Below are positions 41,827 to 51,967 of a stretch of DNA of 64,000 nt, in pieces. Location of the stretch: NCBI GenBank assembly GCA_026129095.1, contig JAHCIT010000001.1, forward strand, positions 186,245-250,244, given 5' to 3'. Origin of the DNA: Deltaproteobacteria bacterium. Its GTDB lineage: Bacteria; JAGRBM01; JAHCIT01. Each line of letters opens with the position of its first letter. Within the stretch, counting starts at the first letter, position 1. The notes below the pieces were generated by a model. That model was not told the DNA's origin. It saw only the letters and a program-made list of their open reading frames with translations, and did not search any database. The position numbers and the translations under genes are program-made.

Positions 41827-42501
41827 TCACTGCTCTCCGCTACCATCTGCTTCCGTGGCTTCAGAAAATGACACCGTAAGATCGTTGCTGTCTACAATAT
41901 TCCACATGCCATCTTTTTGTGTTTTTATCTTCCAGAAATTAGTTAGCTCAGTGCGAAGCTTTATCCAAAATGCTTCACCATCTTCTTTCCACATCCATTT
42001 AGCTCCATGAGTTTTATCTAATTTTTTAGTTGGTTTAGACGGCGATGTAAGAACGAGATGCGGAATTATTCGTAGGTTACTCACGTCCTTCTCACCCTCT
42101 GGGAAAAATAACGCTAATCGAGAAGTCTTAGAAGTAAATTGTTCATTACTCCATGACGTATCCGACTTTGCCTCCACAAATATTAGTCTTGTTACCAATT
42201 CTTTGTCTGTATTCCCTTCTTCATACGCAATAATCAAATCAATGTCTTCCTGGGTTCCCTTTATGGTCCCACGATTCTGTTCCTTCAATTTTGGATCAAG
42301 AACGGCCATCGCTCCCCAAATCCAATCTAAATGGTAGTCCATCGCGACAAAAGCTCTGTGTGGAATAGGAATATCTAGTTGACTCCTAAGCTGATAAATA
42401 AAGTCTGGGCATAAATTGAATGCATTCTGTGTGGAATGACATATCAAATGATACCTTTCTTTCCGGTTAAATTTCTTCAGATTCTCTATAAATTCATTCA
42501 T
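41827..42501 (-). CDS. putative PD-(D/E)XK nuclease (AT-rich gene)
   Basis: NRKERY, MDYHLDW, EDIDLII...FVEAK. Confidence 0.65.
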   Translation of the reverse strand: MNEFIENLKKFNRKERYHLICHSTQNAFNLCPDFIYQLRSQLDIPIPHRAFVAMDYHLDWIWGAMAVLDPKLKEQNRGTIKGTQEDIDLIIAYEEGNTDKELVTRLIFVEAKSDTSWSNEQFTSKTSRLALFFPEGEKDVSNLRIIPHLVLTSPSKPTKKLDKTHGAKWMWKEDGEAFWIKLRTELTNFWKIKTQKDGMWNIVDSNDLTVSFSEATEADGSGEQ

Positions 42502-42505
42502 TGCT

Positions 42506-42922
42506 TCACTCTCCCGTCAGATCCTCAAATACCTTATGTTCAATCGGCTGATCAAGTTCGTATTCGTCAGCCTGATAATTCGCATCGAAAACCTCATTCA
42601 CCCGCTTTCCAACGTCGATCCGTCCCTCGATCTCCTGCCTGACCGATTTCCCGTTCCCCTCCGGGTCGCCATCAGATGCAACACACCAGCACCTGATCTG
42701 CTCCACCCAGAACGGATTCCACTCGGCGCTCATCGTCAGGATGTGCTCAGGCCCCCTCCGAAAATCGTGGGTAACGGCCATGGCCGTCACCTTTCGCTTG
42801 CGGAACCGGTTCGGGAACATCCGGAGCGGCTTCTCGCCCGGAACCGCATCCTGAACCCGGACTATTACCGGCCGTTCGAGCATCTCTTCCGTGACTTCTT
42901 CTGTGCGTTTCAAGTCTGGCAT
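42506..42922 (-). CDS. hypothetical protein
   Basis: ORF in operon; ATG 42922 after GAGGA (alternative start 42934). Confidence 0.5.
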   Translation of the reverse strand: MPDLKRTEEVTEEMLERPVIVRVQDAVPGEKPLRMFPNRFRKRKVTAMAVTHDFRRGPEHILTMSAEWNPFWVEQIRCWCVASDGDPEGNGKSVRQEIEGRIDVGKRVNEVFDANYQADEYELDQPIEHKVFEDLTGE

Positions 42923-42930
42923 GGCGATCC

Positions 42931-43512
42931 TCATCCGGACAACGAGCGGTTGATCGAGTCGTATGAGGCAAGCAGGTCGGCAAGCTCCTCCGGATAATAA
43001 AGCCGGCAGAACGTGACGAGCCGCCACAAACCCTTTCCGGAGCCTTTGACCACGGGCCAGAGCCGCCCCACATCGGCAAGGTCTGTTTCCCTGCCGAGCC
43101 GGACCTTGGCAGCAGCAAGCCATTCAACCGGAACGATGCGTATTGTCTGCTTTTTGAACCGTAGCCGTGCCGCACGCTCCAGCGCATAGGCATCTGCCGG
43201 TCCGGCACCAAACACCAGATCCACGTCTAGTCCGGCCACGTGCCACGTCTCGCCGATCAGGTTCGAGACCCGGTCTTCCGGCGGGCAGAGTTTCCGGGCC
43301 GCCTGTGCGGTAGCTTCGGAGATCAGGATATCCAGGTCAGGTGAAATTTTCCGTTCCGCATAGCTGGCAACCGCTCCACCTCCGCAAAGGGCCCACCCGG
43401 CGGGAGGCAGCTTTTCCAGAAAAGCCAGCAAACTGGAGACAGACATGGGCGGATAGTCGGATTCCATTCTTTTCAAGGCCCGCTCCAGTAGCATTCCGTC
43501 CGGTTCAATCAT
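42931..43512 (-). CDS. Pol-beta superfamily nucleotidyltransferase
   Basis: CGGGAVASY...SPDLDILI, VDLV, K...GRETDLAD. Confidence 0.72.
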   Translation of the reverse strand: MIEPDGMLLERALKRMESDYPPMSVSSLLAFLEKLPPAGWALCGGGAVASYAERKISPDLDILISEATAQAARKLCPPEDRVSNLIGETWHVAGLDVDLVFGAGPADAYALERAARLRFKKQTIRIVPVEWLAAAKVRLGRETDLADVGRLWPVVKGSGKGLWRLVTFCRLYYPEELADLLASYDSINRSLSG

Positions 43513-44008
43513 TGGCCCATGCCTCCGGGATGTAATCCCCCGTTGCTCCACGCTGGTCGAGGAAGTCTCGTATGCGCGGCATTTCATGCGTCAGCAGTTC
43601 GTCTCGGCCGAGCCGCGATTCAACGATTTCTGCATGGCGGAATTCGCTATAGACCCATCCCTGATGACGGGCTTCACCTTCCCCAGACAGCAGCACGAGA
43701 CAACCGGACCAGAGGACTTCCGAACCCGTGAATGACTCGGTTTCGGCCGCTGGAGGAACCGGATCGACGAGTATCTCCAGGCAACCACACCGGCTGGCGA
43801 TCGCATGAGCCCAGAATGCCGCATCACCGATGCCCAGTGCCGTGTGAATGCTCAGATCACCGGCCAGTGCAGCAAACCAGTGTTCCAGCTCATCCCGGCG
43901 TTCCGGCGGAGTCTCATGCCGGACAGACCAATTCTCAAAAACCCGGTTGATGACGTCCGTTAGCGGACGGACCTCTATATCGTTTCCGATTACGACTGTT
44001 GTCCTCAT
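43505..44008 (-). CDS. hypothetical protein
   Basis: ATGA-coupled to the AAA gene; overlaps the next gene start. Confidence 0.55.
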   Translation of the reverse strand: MRTTVVIGNDIEVRPLTDVINRVFENWSVRHETPPERRDELEHWFAALAGDLSIHTALGIGDAAFWAHAIASRCGCLEILVDPVPPAAETESFTGSEVLWSGCLVLLSGEGEARHQGWVYSEFRHAEIVESRLGRDELLTHEMPRIRDFLDQRGATGDYIPEAWAND

Positions 44009-46074
44009 ACGGACCCCACTGGCTGCATGAATCCGACCCGGCGCTCCCGGATCTTCGCGTTTGCTTCATCCCAGAGGAGCCCGCAGAGGATTTCCGGATT
44101 CCCCAGCTGGCCCAGGATCCCGGCTTTCCGGTGAACCAGCGCGAAGTCCCCCGGCGTCAGGTTCGGGGGCAGAACGCTTCCGTCCGGCGGTTCCGTTCCA
44201 AAGTAGAGGCGGAACGCGGCGCGGCACTGCTCCGGCGACATGAACTTCAGGGTCACTTTGAACGTGAACCGGCGGAGCGAAGCAGCATCCAGGCGGTCGG
44301 AGAAGTTCGTCGTGCAGGCGAACGGCCAGTCGTGGGACTCCATCCAGGTGAGCATCTCGTTCACCTGCGTCACTTCCCAGGACCTCTGGGCGAGGTTCCG
44401 GTCCTGCAGAAGGGAATCGGCCTCATCGAAGACAAGGAACGCTTCCTCGTCGCGGGCATGCCGGAAGGCGGCCGCGATGTTTTTCTCGGACCCGCCGACC
44501 CACATGCTGAGCAGGTCAGAAGCGCGCTTCTGGATCACCTCGATTCCCATCTCGCGGGCGAGGTGGCGCACGAAGGCCGTCTTTCCGGTACCCGGCGGAC
44601 CTGACAGGCAAAGCGATACCCGGCGGGAGTTCTCCAGCGAACAGATATGACCTGACAGGTTCACCAGATCGGCATCGGCGTTGACCAGTGACAGATCGTA
44701 CCGGTCCGGACGTTTTTCCGGTTTTTTCTCGGGTGCCTCTCCCCGCATCAGCACGGATACGCTCCTCACAGCCTGCCGCACCTGTTCGGTCTGGCCACCC
44801 GCGAGCCGGGCCGCCCGGACTGCGCTGGCGGCCAGTGCAGGGGCTTCGCAGAAATCCCGGGCCAGCTTGCGGACCTCGTCCCCCGGAACCTCGACCGACT
44901 GGCGCTCCAGGAGCCGCTGCCACACCCCCTCCCGCACCTTGCGGGGCGGAACCTTCATCTCCAGCGCATAGGTCATCCGGCGCAGCAGGGCTGGATCGAA
45001 GCAATCCGTATCGTTGGTCGTCCAGATGACCGGGACCGGATTGTTCTCCAGCAACCGGTTCAGGAATACCTTTGAAAGCGAACTGTCCTCCCGGTCCCGG
45101 GACCGGGAAAGCAGGTCTTCCATCTCGTCGAACAGGAGCATCGAATTTTCAGCCCCGGCGAGGAGTGCACTCGCGATCTGGATGCCGGCGATCCGCTCGC
45201 TGGTCTTGGGCATCGATCCCTCGTCATCGCTTTCCCCGATGGAGTAGATCGACAGGCCGGCCTTCGCCGCGAGCACCTTGGCGAATTCCGTCTTGCCGGT
45301 CCCCGGAGGCCCGTAGAGCAGAATATTAATACCCCGTGCCTTTTCCCTCATGGCCCCGGAGAGAAGAGGCAGAAGGAAATCCCGGTCGGTGGCGACATGA
45401 CCGAAATCCTCCCACCCCAGTTCCGGCAGCTGGGGTTTGCCCGCGACCGCGCGTCGGAAGTCATCGACTCCATGGTTCGGCGGCATCAGTCCGCCGAGAA
45501 CCCGGTTCGGCACCTTGAGGCTCGAATCAAACTGCCCCTTGAAGGTCAGGTGAACCACCACCAGCCCCAGCCGGTACAGACGGGCCGAAGGCTTCATCCG
45601 GACCCGCACGGCCTCAGGATCGGCGGCAAGCAGCTTGGCGATCATGCCGTCCAGGCTCAGCACCCGGGTCGGCATGATCTCGTCGCACAGACGCTCGAAC
45701 TGATGGCAGGTCGCGTAACGGACGGCGGCTTCGAAAATGCCCTGCTCCAGGGGATCAAGGCCGAACTCCCGCGCGATGGCGTCGATATTCTGCTGAAAGA
45801 CACCGGGCGCTTCCGCACGGTTCTCCGCAAAGAACCGGTCCAGCACCTCATGCACGTCCTGAAGCCCCTTCTCCGGCTGGTTCGGTCTGAAGCGCCTGCG
45901 GCGCGAAGACCCATGATCTTCACCGCCAGGGGCCAGAAACGAGAGCCCGACCTCGGACCCTTCACTTTCCACCCAGCTCACCAGCTTCTGCACAATCGCG
46001 GAACGCGCTCCCAAGGACCGGGAGAGATTCCGCACGTACTGGATCACTGCCCAGTGTTCGTAGTTGATTTCCAT
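44005..46074 (-). CDS. double-domain AAA+ ATPase
   Basis: Two GPPGTGKT Walker A; FDEME and FDEAD Walker B; TTN...DPALLRR and TTN...DAASLRR; ends GF. Confidence 0.9.
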   Translation of the reverse strand: MEINYEHWAVIQYVRNLSRSLGARSAIVQKLVSWVESEGSEVGLSFLAPGGEDHGSSRRRRFRPNQPEKGLQDVHEVLDRFFAENRAEAPGVFQQNIDAIAREFGLDPLEQGIFEAAVRYATCHQFERLCDEIMPTRVLSLDGMIAKLLAADPEAVRVRMKPSARLYRLGLVVVHLTFKGQFDSSLKVPNRVLGGLMPPNHGVDDFRRAVAGKPQLPELGWEDFGHVATDRDFLLPLLSGAMREKARGINILLYGPPGTGKTEFAKVLAAKAGLSIYSIGESDDEGSMPKTSERIAGIQIASALLAGAENSMLLFDEMEDLLSRSRDREDSSLSKVFLNRLLENNPVPVIWTTNDTDCFDPALLRRMTYALEMKVPPRKVREGVWQRLLERQSVEVPGDEVRKLARDFCEAPALAASAVRAARLAGGQTEQVRQAVRSVSVLMRGEAPEKKPEKRPDRYDLSLVNADADLVNLSGHICSLENSRRVSLCLSGPPGTGKTAFVRHLAREMGIEVIQKRASDLLSMWVGGSEKNIAAAFRHARDEEAFLVFDEADSLLQDRNLAQRSWEVTQVNEMLTWMESHDWPFACTTNFSDRLDAASLRRFTFKVTLKFMSPEQCRAAFRLYFGTEPPDGSVLPPNLTPGDFALVHRKAGILGQLGNPEILCGLLWDEANAKIRERRVGFMQPVGSV

Positions 46075-46201
46075 ATGCCCTCCTTCAGGCAATGCGTGGC
46101 CAACGGCCTCAATCGGCCGGTCAGAACGCCAGTCCGCCAGGCATTCAGGTCACGTTATGAAGGGAAGCGGTGAACTCATGGGCATGAATATAACGGCCGC
46201 C

Positions 46202-46218
46202 GTGACAGGACATGTCAG
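46202..46218 (-). promoter_or_regulatory. palindromic box 8 (1 mismatch)
   Basis: gtgacaggacatgtcag; minus strand N9 then TATATT, toward the AAA operon. Confidence 0.78.
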
Positions 46219-46298
46219 CGAAGCTTTGAACCCTTCGATTTCACAGAGGAAAGATTTTGTTCCAGCCAATCGATAGCCACCATTAGATTTCAATACTG

Positions 46299-46748
46299 TC
46301 AGATTAGATCGTGACGTTTCATGCTCCCGTCAGAAGCGAGCTGGAAATAGAATGCACCAGTCGGATTATTTCGTGAGACTTCCGCTGGATCGAGCCGGTA
46401 TTCTGCGTATGCCTTCGATAGCACCCCTGCAATCTCGTCTGACCTCCGTTCGATTTCGCCCACACCGTCAAACCCGGTGAGGTGAACGATCCCGAACTCA
46501 TCGACTGCGGCTTCGTCATAAAGCTTCTTTACGCGGAGCTCATCTTCCGTAATGAGGGTCCGCTTTGTCAGGAAACTGCTCAGCCGATTCCACTCCTGTG
46601 TATCTTCAAATCGGAGCTGGATGACCCGGAAGTTGTACGTCTTAAGCGGAATCTGAAGGCAGGCCAGAGACACGTCTAGAATGAAGATGCCGCGGGAGCC
46701 CGGCCTAGGTTCACGCGCTATGGTCGGCTTACTATTCAAGTGAATCAT
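46299..46748 (-). CDS. hypothetical protein
   Basis: 149 aa ORF downstream of box 9. Confidence 0.5.
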   Translation of the reverse strand: MIHLNSKPTIAREPRPGSRGIFILDVSLACLQIPLKTYNFRVIQLRFEDTQEWNRLSSFLTKRTLITEDELRVKKLYDEAAVDEFGIVHLTGFDGVGEIERRSDEIAGVLSKAYAEYRLDPAEVSRNNPTGAFYFQLASDGSMKRHDLI

Positions 46749-46823
46749 TAATTCGTGATTTGCTACAGGTATCAGGATAACGACGGAACGGAATGGTCAT
46801 GGGACCTAGCATGCCATGCAGTC

Positions 46824-46840
46824 GTGACAGGACATGTCAC
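46824..46840 (-). promoter_or_regulatory. palindromic box 9
   Basis: gtgacaggacatgtcac; minus strand N10 then CATGCT; between divergent genes. Confidence 0.8.
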
Positions 46841-46895
46841 TACTTTGAATATGTGATTCGATAGTTTGTAGCTCTGCGCTACAATCCCGACACCC

Positions 46896-48569
46896 ATGGC
46901 ACGTATCTTCCCAACGCCCCTGCCGGACAGCGTCCGGAAGGAGCCTCGCCTCAACGCGGAGGTGAAGGTCTACGACCGGCTGGCGAAACTGCCGGGTCCC
47001 TACACCGTCTATTACTCGGTGCGCTGGCCGTCGAAGAACCCCAAGGGCCGGACCAGCGACGCGGAGGCGGATTTCGTCGTCGTCCATCCGGCGAAGGGTG
47101 TTCTCGTGATCGAAGTGAAGGGCGGCGGGGTGGCGCACGACGGCCCGACCGGGAAGTGGTTCAGCGTGGACCGCGACGGCCGGCGCCATGAGATCGATGA
47201 TCCTGTCAAAAAGGCGATGATCCTCAAGAACGATCTGGTGAAGCGGCTGAAGGAGCAGCCGGGCTGGCGGAACAGTGGGATGATCTGTCATGCGGTCGCG
47301 TTTCCCGACCTGCGGGACCGCAATACTCAGCTCGCACCCGACCTGCCCACCCCGATCGCCCTCTTCGAGCCCGACCTGATCTACCTGGAGGAAAAGCTGG
47401 AGTCGGCTTTCAGCTTCTGGTCGAACCAGTCCGCGCACCGGTCGGAGATGCTTGAGTCCGATCTGGCCGTCGTCGAAAGATTCTTCGCGCCGACCTATGA
47501 GCTGAGGAAACCGCTCGGCGTTCTCCTCTCTGACACCGATACGGAGATTTTCCGGCTCACGAACCAGCAGTTCGCCGTCCTCCGGTGCAACCGCCGCAAC
47601 GCCCGGGCCTCGGTCGCTGGAGGCGCCGGTACCGGAAAGACGCTGCTGGCCATCGAGAAGGCCCGCGAGTTCGCCCGGGATGGCATGAGCACGCTGTTCG
47701 TCTGCTTCAACAAGCCGCTCGCGGACTACGTGAAAACCGCGCTGGCCGGGACTGACGGCGTTACCGTCAGCACGTTCCACGGCCTCTGCCATGACTATGC
47801 GGAACGGGCGGGGCTCCCGGTGCTGCCGCTTGGCACCAAAGAGGTTCCGGCGGACTATTTCCGCAAGCAGCTCCCGGCGTGGATGAGCGAGGCTCTAGGG
47901 AAACGGCCGGACGACCGATTCAACGCGGTTGTCGTGGACGAGGCGCAGGACATTGAAGAGGACTGGTGGCCACTCATCCTCGGGACGCTCTTTGAACCGG
48001 ACGAACAACCGCTCTGGGTTTTCTACGATCCCAACCAGCGGTTCTACCGGCAGGGCTCGTCGTTCCCCGAGTTTGCGACCGAACTCACCTTGGACGAAAA
48101 CCTCCGCAACACGAAACCGATCCAGCAATTCGCGGCCCGGTTCTGCAGCAACGAAGAGTTTATTCCCGGCGGCCCCGATGGCCCGCCGGTCGAGCAGTTG
48201 AAACTCCCGTCCAACCTGAAGCTGGCCGACGCGCTCGAAACGGTCCTCGACCGGCTGATCCACGAAGACCTCATCCCGGCCGAGGAGATCGCCATCCTGA
48301 CCGGAGTGAGCCTCAAGAAAAGCGCACTCAACGGGATCAAGAAGATCGGGAACTGGGAGTTGACGCCATCAGACCAGCCGGTGCGCGGCAAGGTCGTCCT
48401 GGAAACCATTCACCGGTTCAAGGGGCTCGAACGCCAAGTGGTTATCCTCGTCGAAACCGAAAGCCTTGCCACCGCAACCGGCGACGAGAAGAAAGACCAG
48501 GATCACCGGAACCTGATGTATGTGGGGTGTACGAGAGCGAGAGGACTACTTATTTGCAATTCTGTTTAA
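46896..48569 (+). CDS. NERD nuclease + SF1 (UvrD-like) helicase fusion
   Basis: EADFVV...IEVKGG; GGAGTGKT; VVDEAQD; NLRNT; FKGLE; YVGCTRA. Confidence 0.9.
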   Translation: MARIFPTPLPDSVRKEPRLNAEVKVYDRLAKLPGPYTVYYSVRWPSKNPKGRTSDAEADFVVVHPAKGVLVIEVKGGGVAHDGPTGKWFSVDRDGRRHEIDDPVKKAMILKNDLVKRLKEQPGWRNSGMICHAVAFPDLRDRNTQLAPDLPTPIALFEPDLIYLEEKLESAFSFWSNQSAHRSEMLESDLAVVERFFAPTYELRKPLGVLLSDTDTEIFRLTNQQFAVLRCNRRNARASVAGGAGTGKTLLAIEKAREFARDGMSTLFVCFNKPLADYVKTALAGTDGVTVSTFHGLCHDYAERAGLPVLPLGTKEVPADYFRKQLPAWMSEALGKRPDDRFNAVVVDEAQDIEEDWWPLILGTLFEPDEQPLWVFYDPNQRFYRQGSSFPEFATELTLDENLRNTKPIQQFAARFCSNEEFIPGGPDGPPVEQLKLPSNLKLADALETVLDRLIHEDLIPAEEIAILTGVSLKKSALNGIKKIGNWELTPSDQPVRGKVVLETIHRFKGLERQVVILVETESLATATGDEKKDQDHRNLMYVGCTRARGLLICNSV

Positions 48570-50290
48570 TCACAGTCGCTTTCATCGTCCTCATCGTCAT
48601 TGCCACCATCCTCATCATCATCCACTTCATCTTCTTGTTCTTCTTCGGCCGCAATTGTATTCAATGATTCGGGCGAAAAATAAGGCGGCTTACCGAACCA
48701 CGAAATAAATGTCTCCACTAGCTTTTCTAATGATATAAAAGACTCATCATCTACAGAACACGAGGCCTCCACGTACTTTACCAGATCTTCTTCAGTCGTT
48801 TGCCCGCGACTACGTTCAACAAGGTAGCGAACCGGACCAGTCTTCCTTTTTAATCCCTTAAATCTATAGCCAACTACGGCCCAGACGAGATCAGAGATAT
48901 ATATTCTCATATTCTCTTCGCCTTGGGGCTCAGATAGATATATTATTTTTGACGATAACGTACGAATTTGAGCCAACGCATAACTTTTGTTTAACTGTGA
49001 CCGCACATCCTCATATAATACCTCCGATATTGATTTCAGCGCCCTCTTATATAGCTCTGTCTTGTTGTTCCAAGGCGCACCCTTTTTATAGTTGGATCTA
49101 ATTATTGCCTGATCCCAATTAAATTTCCGTGTTTTCCATTTATCTGGAGATGATAATCCGTCTTTCGCCAGATCATAAACGACTTTTTTTACAGTAGAAT
49201 CTAATTCTTTCCTAGACTTATTTATATGTATCGAGACACGTCTTTCACTTTCAGTAAGTATTCCAACTAATTCCGACTCACATTCCGATATCCTCTCATT
49301 CAAATCTTGGACATTTGAATTCGGTACCCAATAACCAAATGCAGTTTCGATGCCTGAAGTGCCAAATGCATTACTAATTTTCAGCGAGATACTTTTTAAT
49401 TTTTTCTGGACATCTTCAGGAAGCATTGGAACTGAGTAACTTGATCCCTTGTTACGTTTTTGCGCAATTCCTATTTTCCTTTTTGCTTCCTTTGTGAGCA
49501 TCCCCGCCCGATATAAATAATCTGATTTGATTTTGGCATTCGTTTTCTCCATATCGAAATCGTATGAAAGGAAAACGCCTTCGCTGATGAGGTCCATAAC
49601 AAAATCTTGCGGCCTATTTTTATAAGCCTTTATTGTTTCGGGATCGGGTGGCTTTATTTTCTCAGTCAGTTTATTGAATTTTTCTTTAACCTCATCGCGT
49701 CGACGTTTTTGATCCTCCAGCTGTTCTTCGGTCAATTCTATTTTAGCCGATGACTTTTCGATTAAGAATTTTGAAAGATCTTTTATGTTTTCTTTATCAA
49801 GTTTGTGGCAAGCCGGTTTAAGACTTTCAAATATATCGTGAATGTCCCGACGTAAATTACCGAGATTCCCTACAGCTCTTATTGCGATCTCGGTATTTGA
49901 TTTAAACGCTCTTTCGGTAAGATTAGTAGAGCCTATTAACAAATGATCCTGCCCGTCATCCCGGCCAAACCCAGCGTAAACTTTTGCATGCATCAAATAA
50001 TTTGTTTTTTGAAAACACACCCAAACTGAAATGTTTTTCGGCCACTTCTCAACATATACAGAGACACGATCATATAGTTCTTTAGAAGAAATATTAGACT
50101 GATCAATCCCAAACAATAATGTGATATTACCTCCTTTCCGAAGTGATTTTTTAATTTGATCTTCAATTATTTCAAACCCAGTTAGACTAACATATGCACT
50201 AATTACCCATACTTCCTGGGCATTGCCGATGGCATCGCGAACTTGTTCTTCCATTTCACCAGTTGCGCTAGTAACTATATTTAGTTCCAC
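48566..50290 (-). CDS. PLD (HKD) family nuclease-like protein with acidic tail (AT-rich gene)
   Basis: SAYVSLTG, MHAKVY, IGSTNLT..A...NTE; C-terminal D/E run. Confidence 0.8.
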   Translation of the reverse strand: MELNIVTSATGEMEEQVRDAIGNAQEVWVISAYVSLTGFEIIEDQIKKSLRKGGNITLLFGIDQSNISSKELYDRVSVYVEKWPKNISVWVCFQKTNYLMHAKVYAGFGRDDGQDHLLIGSTNLTERAFKSNTEIAIRAVGNLGNLRRDIHDIFESLKPACHKLDKENIKDLSKFLIEKSSAKIELTEEQLEDQKRRRDEVKEKFNKLTEKIKPPDPETIKAYKNRPQDFVMDLISEGVFLSYDFDMEKTNAKIKSDYLYRAGMLTKEAKRKIGIAQKRNKGSSYSVPMLPEDVQKKLKSISLKISNAFGTSGIETAFGYWVPNSNVQDLNERISECESELVGILTESERRVSIHINKSRKELDSTVKKVVYDLAKDGLSSPDKWKTRKFNWDQAIIRSNYKKGAPWNNKTELYKRALKSISEVLYEDVRSQLNKSYALAQIRTLSSKIIYLSEPQGEENMRIYISDLVWAVVGYRFKGLKRKTGPVRYLVERSRGQTTEEDLVKYVEASCSVDDESFISLEKLVETFISWFGKPPYFSPESLNTIAAEEEQEDEVDDDEDGGNDDEDDESDCD

Positions 50291-50388
50291 TATTTACTCT
50301 CCCCTTGGATTATTAGTTTGTCATTGTGACGCCATGAAGCTCGCTGTCGTCACTTTTATGATGCCTCAATGCCCTATTGGTTTCTGGA

Positions 50389-50751
50389 CTAGGTGAACGA
50401 ATTTAACGCTCGCCTCACTCCGTCCATTTCCTCGCCCGGCTTCGTCAACCCCATCTTCTCCGCGCAGGTCATACAGAACGCCGCAAGCTGCTCCGCGTGG
50501 CGGACGCTAACGATGTGGTCCGACGGCTCCATAGGCGGCTCACCGAGGGATTTCCTCTTTTCGTTGATTTGATTCTGTCCCTCGTAATGCTCTGCGGTCA
50601 AATCTTTGGCCGAAATCGGGTCCATCGATTCGAAAGACAGGGTAACACACGCGTATACTTGGCTTTCCCGGATATCCGCTTTGCACCGGGCACACTCCAG
50701 GACCACCGGTTTCACAGGATTGTCAGGATTAATGCTTCTCAGGCGGACCAT
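50389..50751 (-). CDS. hypothetical zinc-binding protein
   Basis: CARC...FCMTC; GGAGG RBS; overlaps the upstream stop. Confidence 0.55.
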   Translation of the reverse strand: MVRLRSINPDNPVKPVVLECARCKADIRESQVYACVTLSFESMDPISAKDLTAEHYEGQNQINEKRKSLGEPPMEPSDHIVSVRHAEQLAAFCMTCAEKMGLTKPGEEMDGVRRALNSFT

Positions 50752-51827
50752 GCGTATTCCTCCAGTATGGGCGATTTAAGGTTTTCAATGACAACGGGTT
50801 TCGGTTTCGGGGGCCGCTTCCGCTCGGCGGCCTTGAGGATCTTCTGGGCGGCGCGCTGGATCCGGCTCATCTGTTTGTGAAGATCCTCGACCCGGTTTCC
50901 GAGCCAGTTCCGGTCCTCCCAGAAGGCGATGTAGACCGGCGCGGCCGTCGGCAGTTGAAGCGCCTTGGCGACGATGTAGGCGACCGATTCAGCCTCCATC
51001 TCGCGCTGGCCCTTCTCGATCGCGGTCAGGAACCGGTTGATGAATATCGCCTCGTCGCCCTGTTCGGCCGCCAGCTTGCGCCGCCGCTCCAGTTCCGCCT
51101 GATGGAGCAGTTCATGGGCCAATTCATGAATCAGGACCAGGGACCGCTGGACGGTCGGCAAGGCCATATCCACTTCGACTGAGCCGCCGTGCGACCGGCC
51201 CTGGTATCCCGCTTCCAGATCCGCTTTGGGTTTAATTTCAATGCCCAGATGGGCCGCGCCATTCCGCAGCCGGTCCCACCACGGGGTTTCGCCCTCTACC
51301 GAGCTGGTCAGTTCCGGGAGCGGGTCGCCCTCCGTCTGGGAGATGTCATAGACCCGGCCGCCCCAGAAACTGACGGCGCAGATCACCCAGATCGGCTTCG
51401 CATCCGGCTTGACGGTGCGGTTGTATTGCCGCCAGACCCGCCGGCTCGCCACGCGCCGGGCCTCGGGGAACTGCTCCCGGATCCAGAGGATGTTGTTGAA
51501 CGAGTAGCAGTTGAACGCGGCACAGGCGTCCAGCCAGTTCACCCACTCATCCGACAGCCGGACGGCATCGGTCTCTTTCGCCAGATCCCCGAGCCAGACG
51601 TGGGCCTTTTCCCGGACCCGCCTCCGGGCCGTCCGGAGATCGACCTCTACCCCCGGCACGGCCGCGACCGGCTCCGCCACCTGTGCCAGGAGGGCGGCCC
51701 GCTCCGCCGCACGCTCTGCCTTCTGTTCCTGTCGCCGTTGCTCCCGGCGTTCCTGCCGCCATTTCCGATCAAGCGCCCGGCGCTCCCTGGTGGCGAGAAA
51801 CCTCCTGTGCTTCTTCCTGATCGCCAT
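50739..51827 (-). CDS. ArdC-like ssDNA-binding / metallopeptidase protein
   Basis: YSFNNILWI...VASRRVW...RTVK; VYDISQTEG; LIHELAH; EMEAESVAY; YIAFW. Confidence 0.82.
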   Translation of the reverse strand: MAIRKKHRRFLATRERRALDRKWRQERREQRRQEQKAERAAERAALLAQVAEPVAAVPGVEVDLRTARRRVREKAHVWLGDLAKETDAVRLSDEWVNWLDACAAFNCYSFNNILWIREQFPEARRVASRRVWRQYNRTVKPDAKPIWVICAVSFWGGRVYDISQTEGDPLPELTSSVEGETPWWDRLRNGAAHLGIEIKPKADLEAGYQGRSHGGSVEVDMALPTVQRSLVLIHELAHELLHQAELERRRKLAAEQGDEAIFINRFLTAIEKGQREMEAESVAYIVAKALQLPTAAPVYIAFWEDRNWLGNRVEDLHKQMSRIQRAAQKILKAAERKRPPKPKPVVIENLKSPILEEYAWSA

Positions 51828-51878
51828 GCCGCACCTCCCGAAAATCAGCCATTGACAGGTTCACTATAAGGGGTGCCT

Positions 51879-51895
51879 GTGACAGGTAGTGTCAT
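51879..51895 (-). promoter_or_regulatory. palindromic box 10 (1 mismatch)
   Basis: gtgacaggtagtgtcat; minus strand N10 then TATAGT, toward the ArdC-like gene. Confidence 0.8.
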
Positions 51896-51950
51896 AGTTC
51901 TGGAGGGGGCTTAGGAGCCATTTGGAGGGGTTTTAACGATAGCGGGACCG

Positions 51951-51967
51951 GCGACATGATTTGTCAT
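51951..51967 (+). promoter_or_regulatory. palindromic box 11 (2 mismatches)
   Basis: gcgacatgatttgtcat; plus strand N10 then TATATT (51978-51983), toward the HAD gene. Confidence 0.68.

Noticed and set aside
50318-50353. Possible twelfth box upstream of the PLD gene (gtgacg...cgtcac)
   Set aside because: Half-site spacing is far from N5 and no -10 hexamer lies at the expected distance.
23731-51967. Palindromic boxes as CRISPR repeats or integron attC sites
   Set aside because: They are dispersed single 17-mers with no regular spacers, no RYYYAAC/GTTRRRY ends, and a fixed distance to -10 hexamers, which fits transcription-factor sites.
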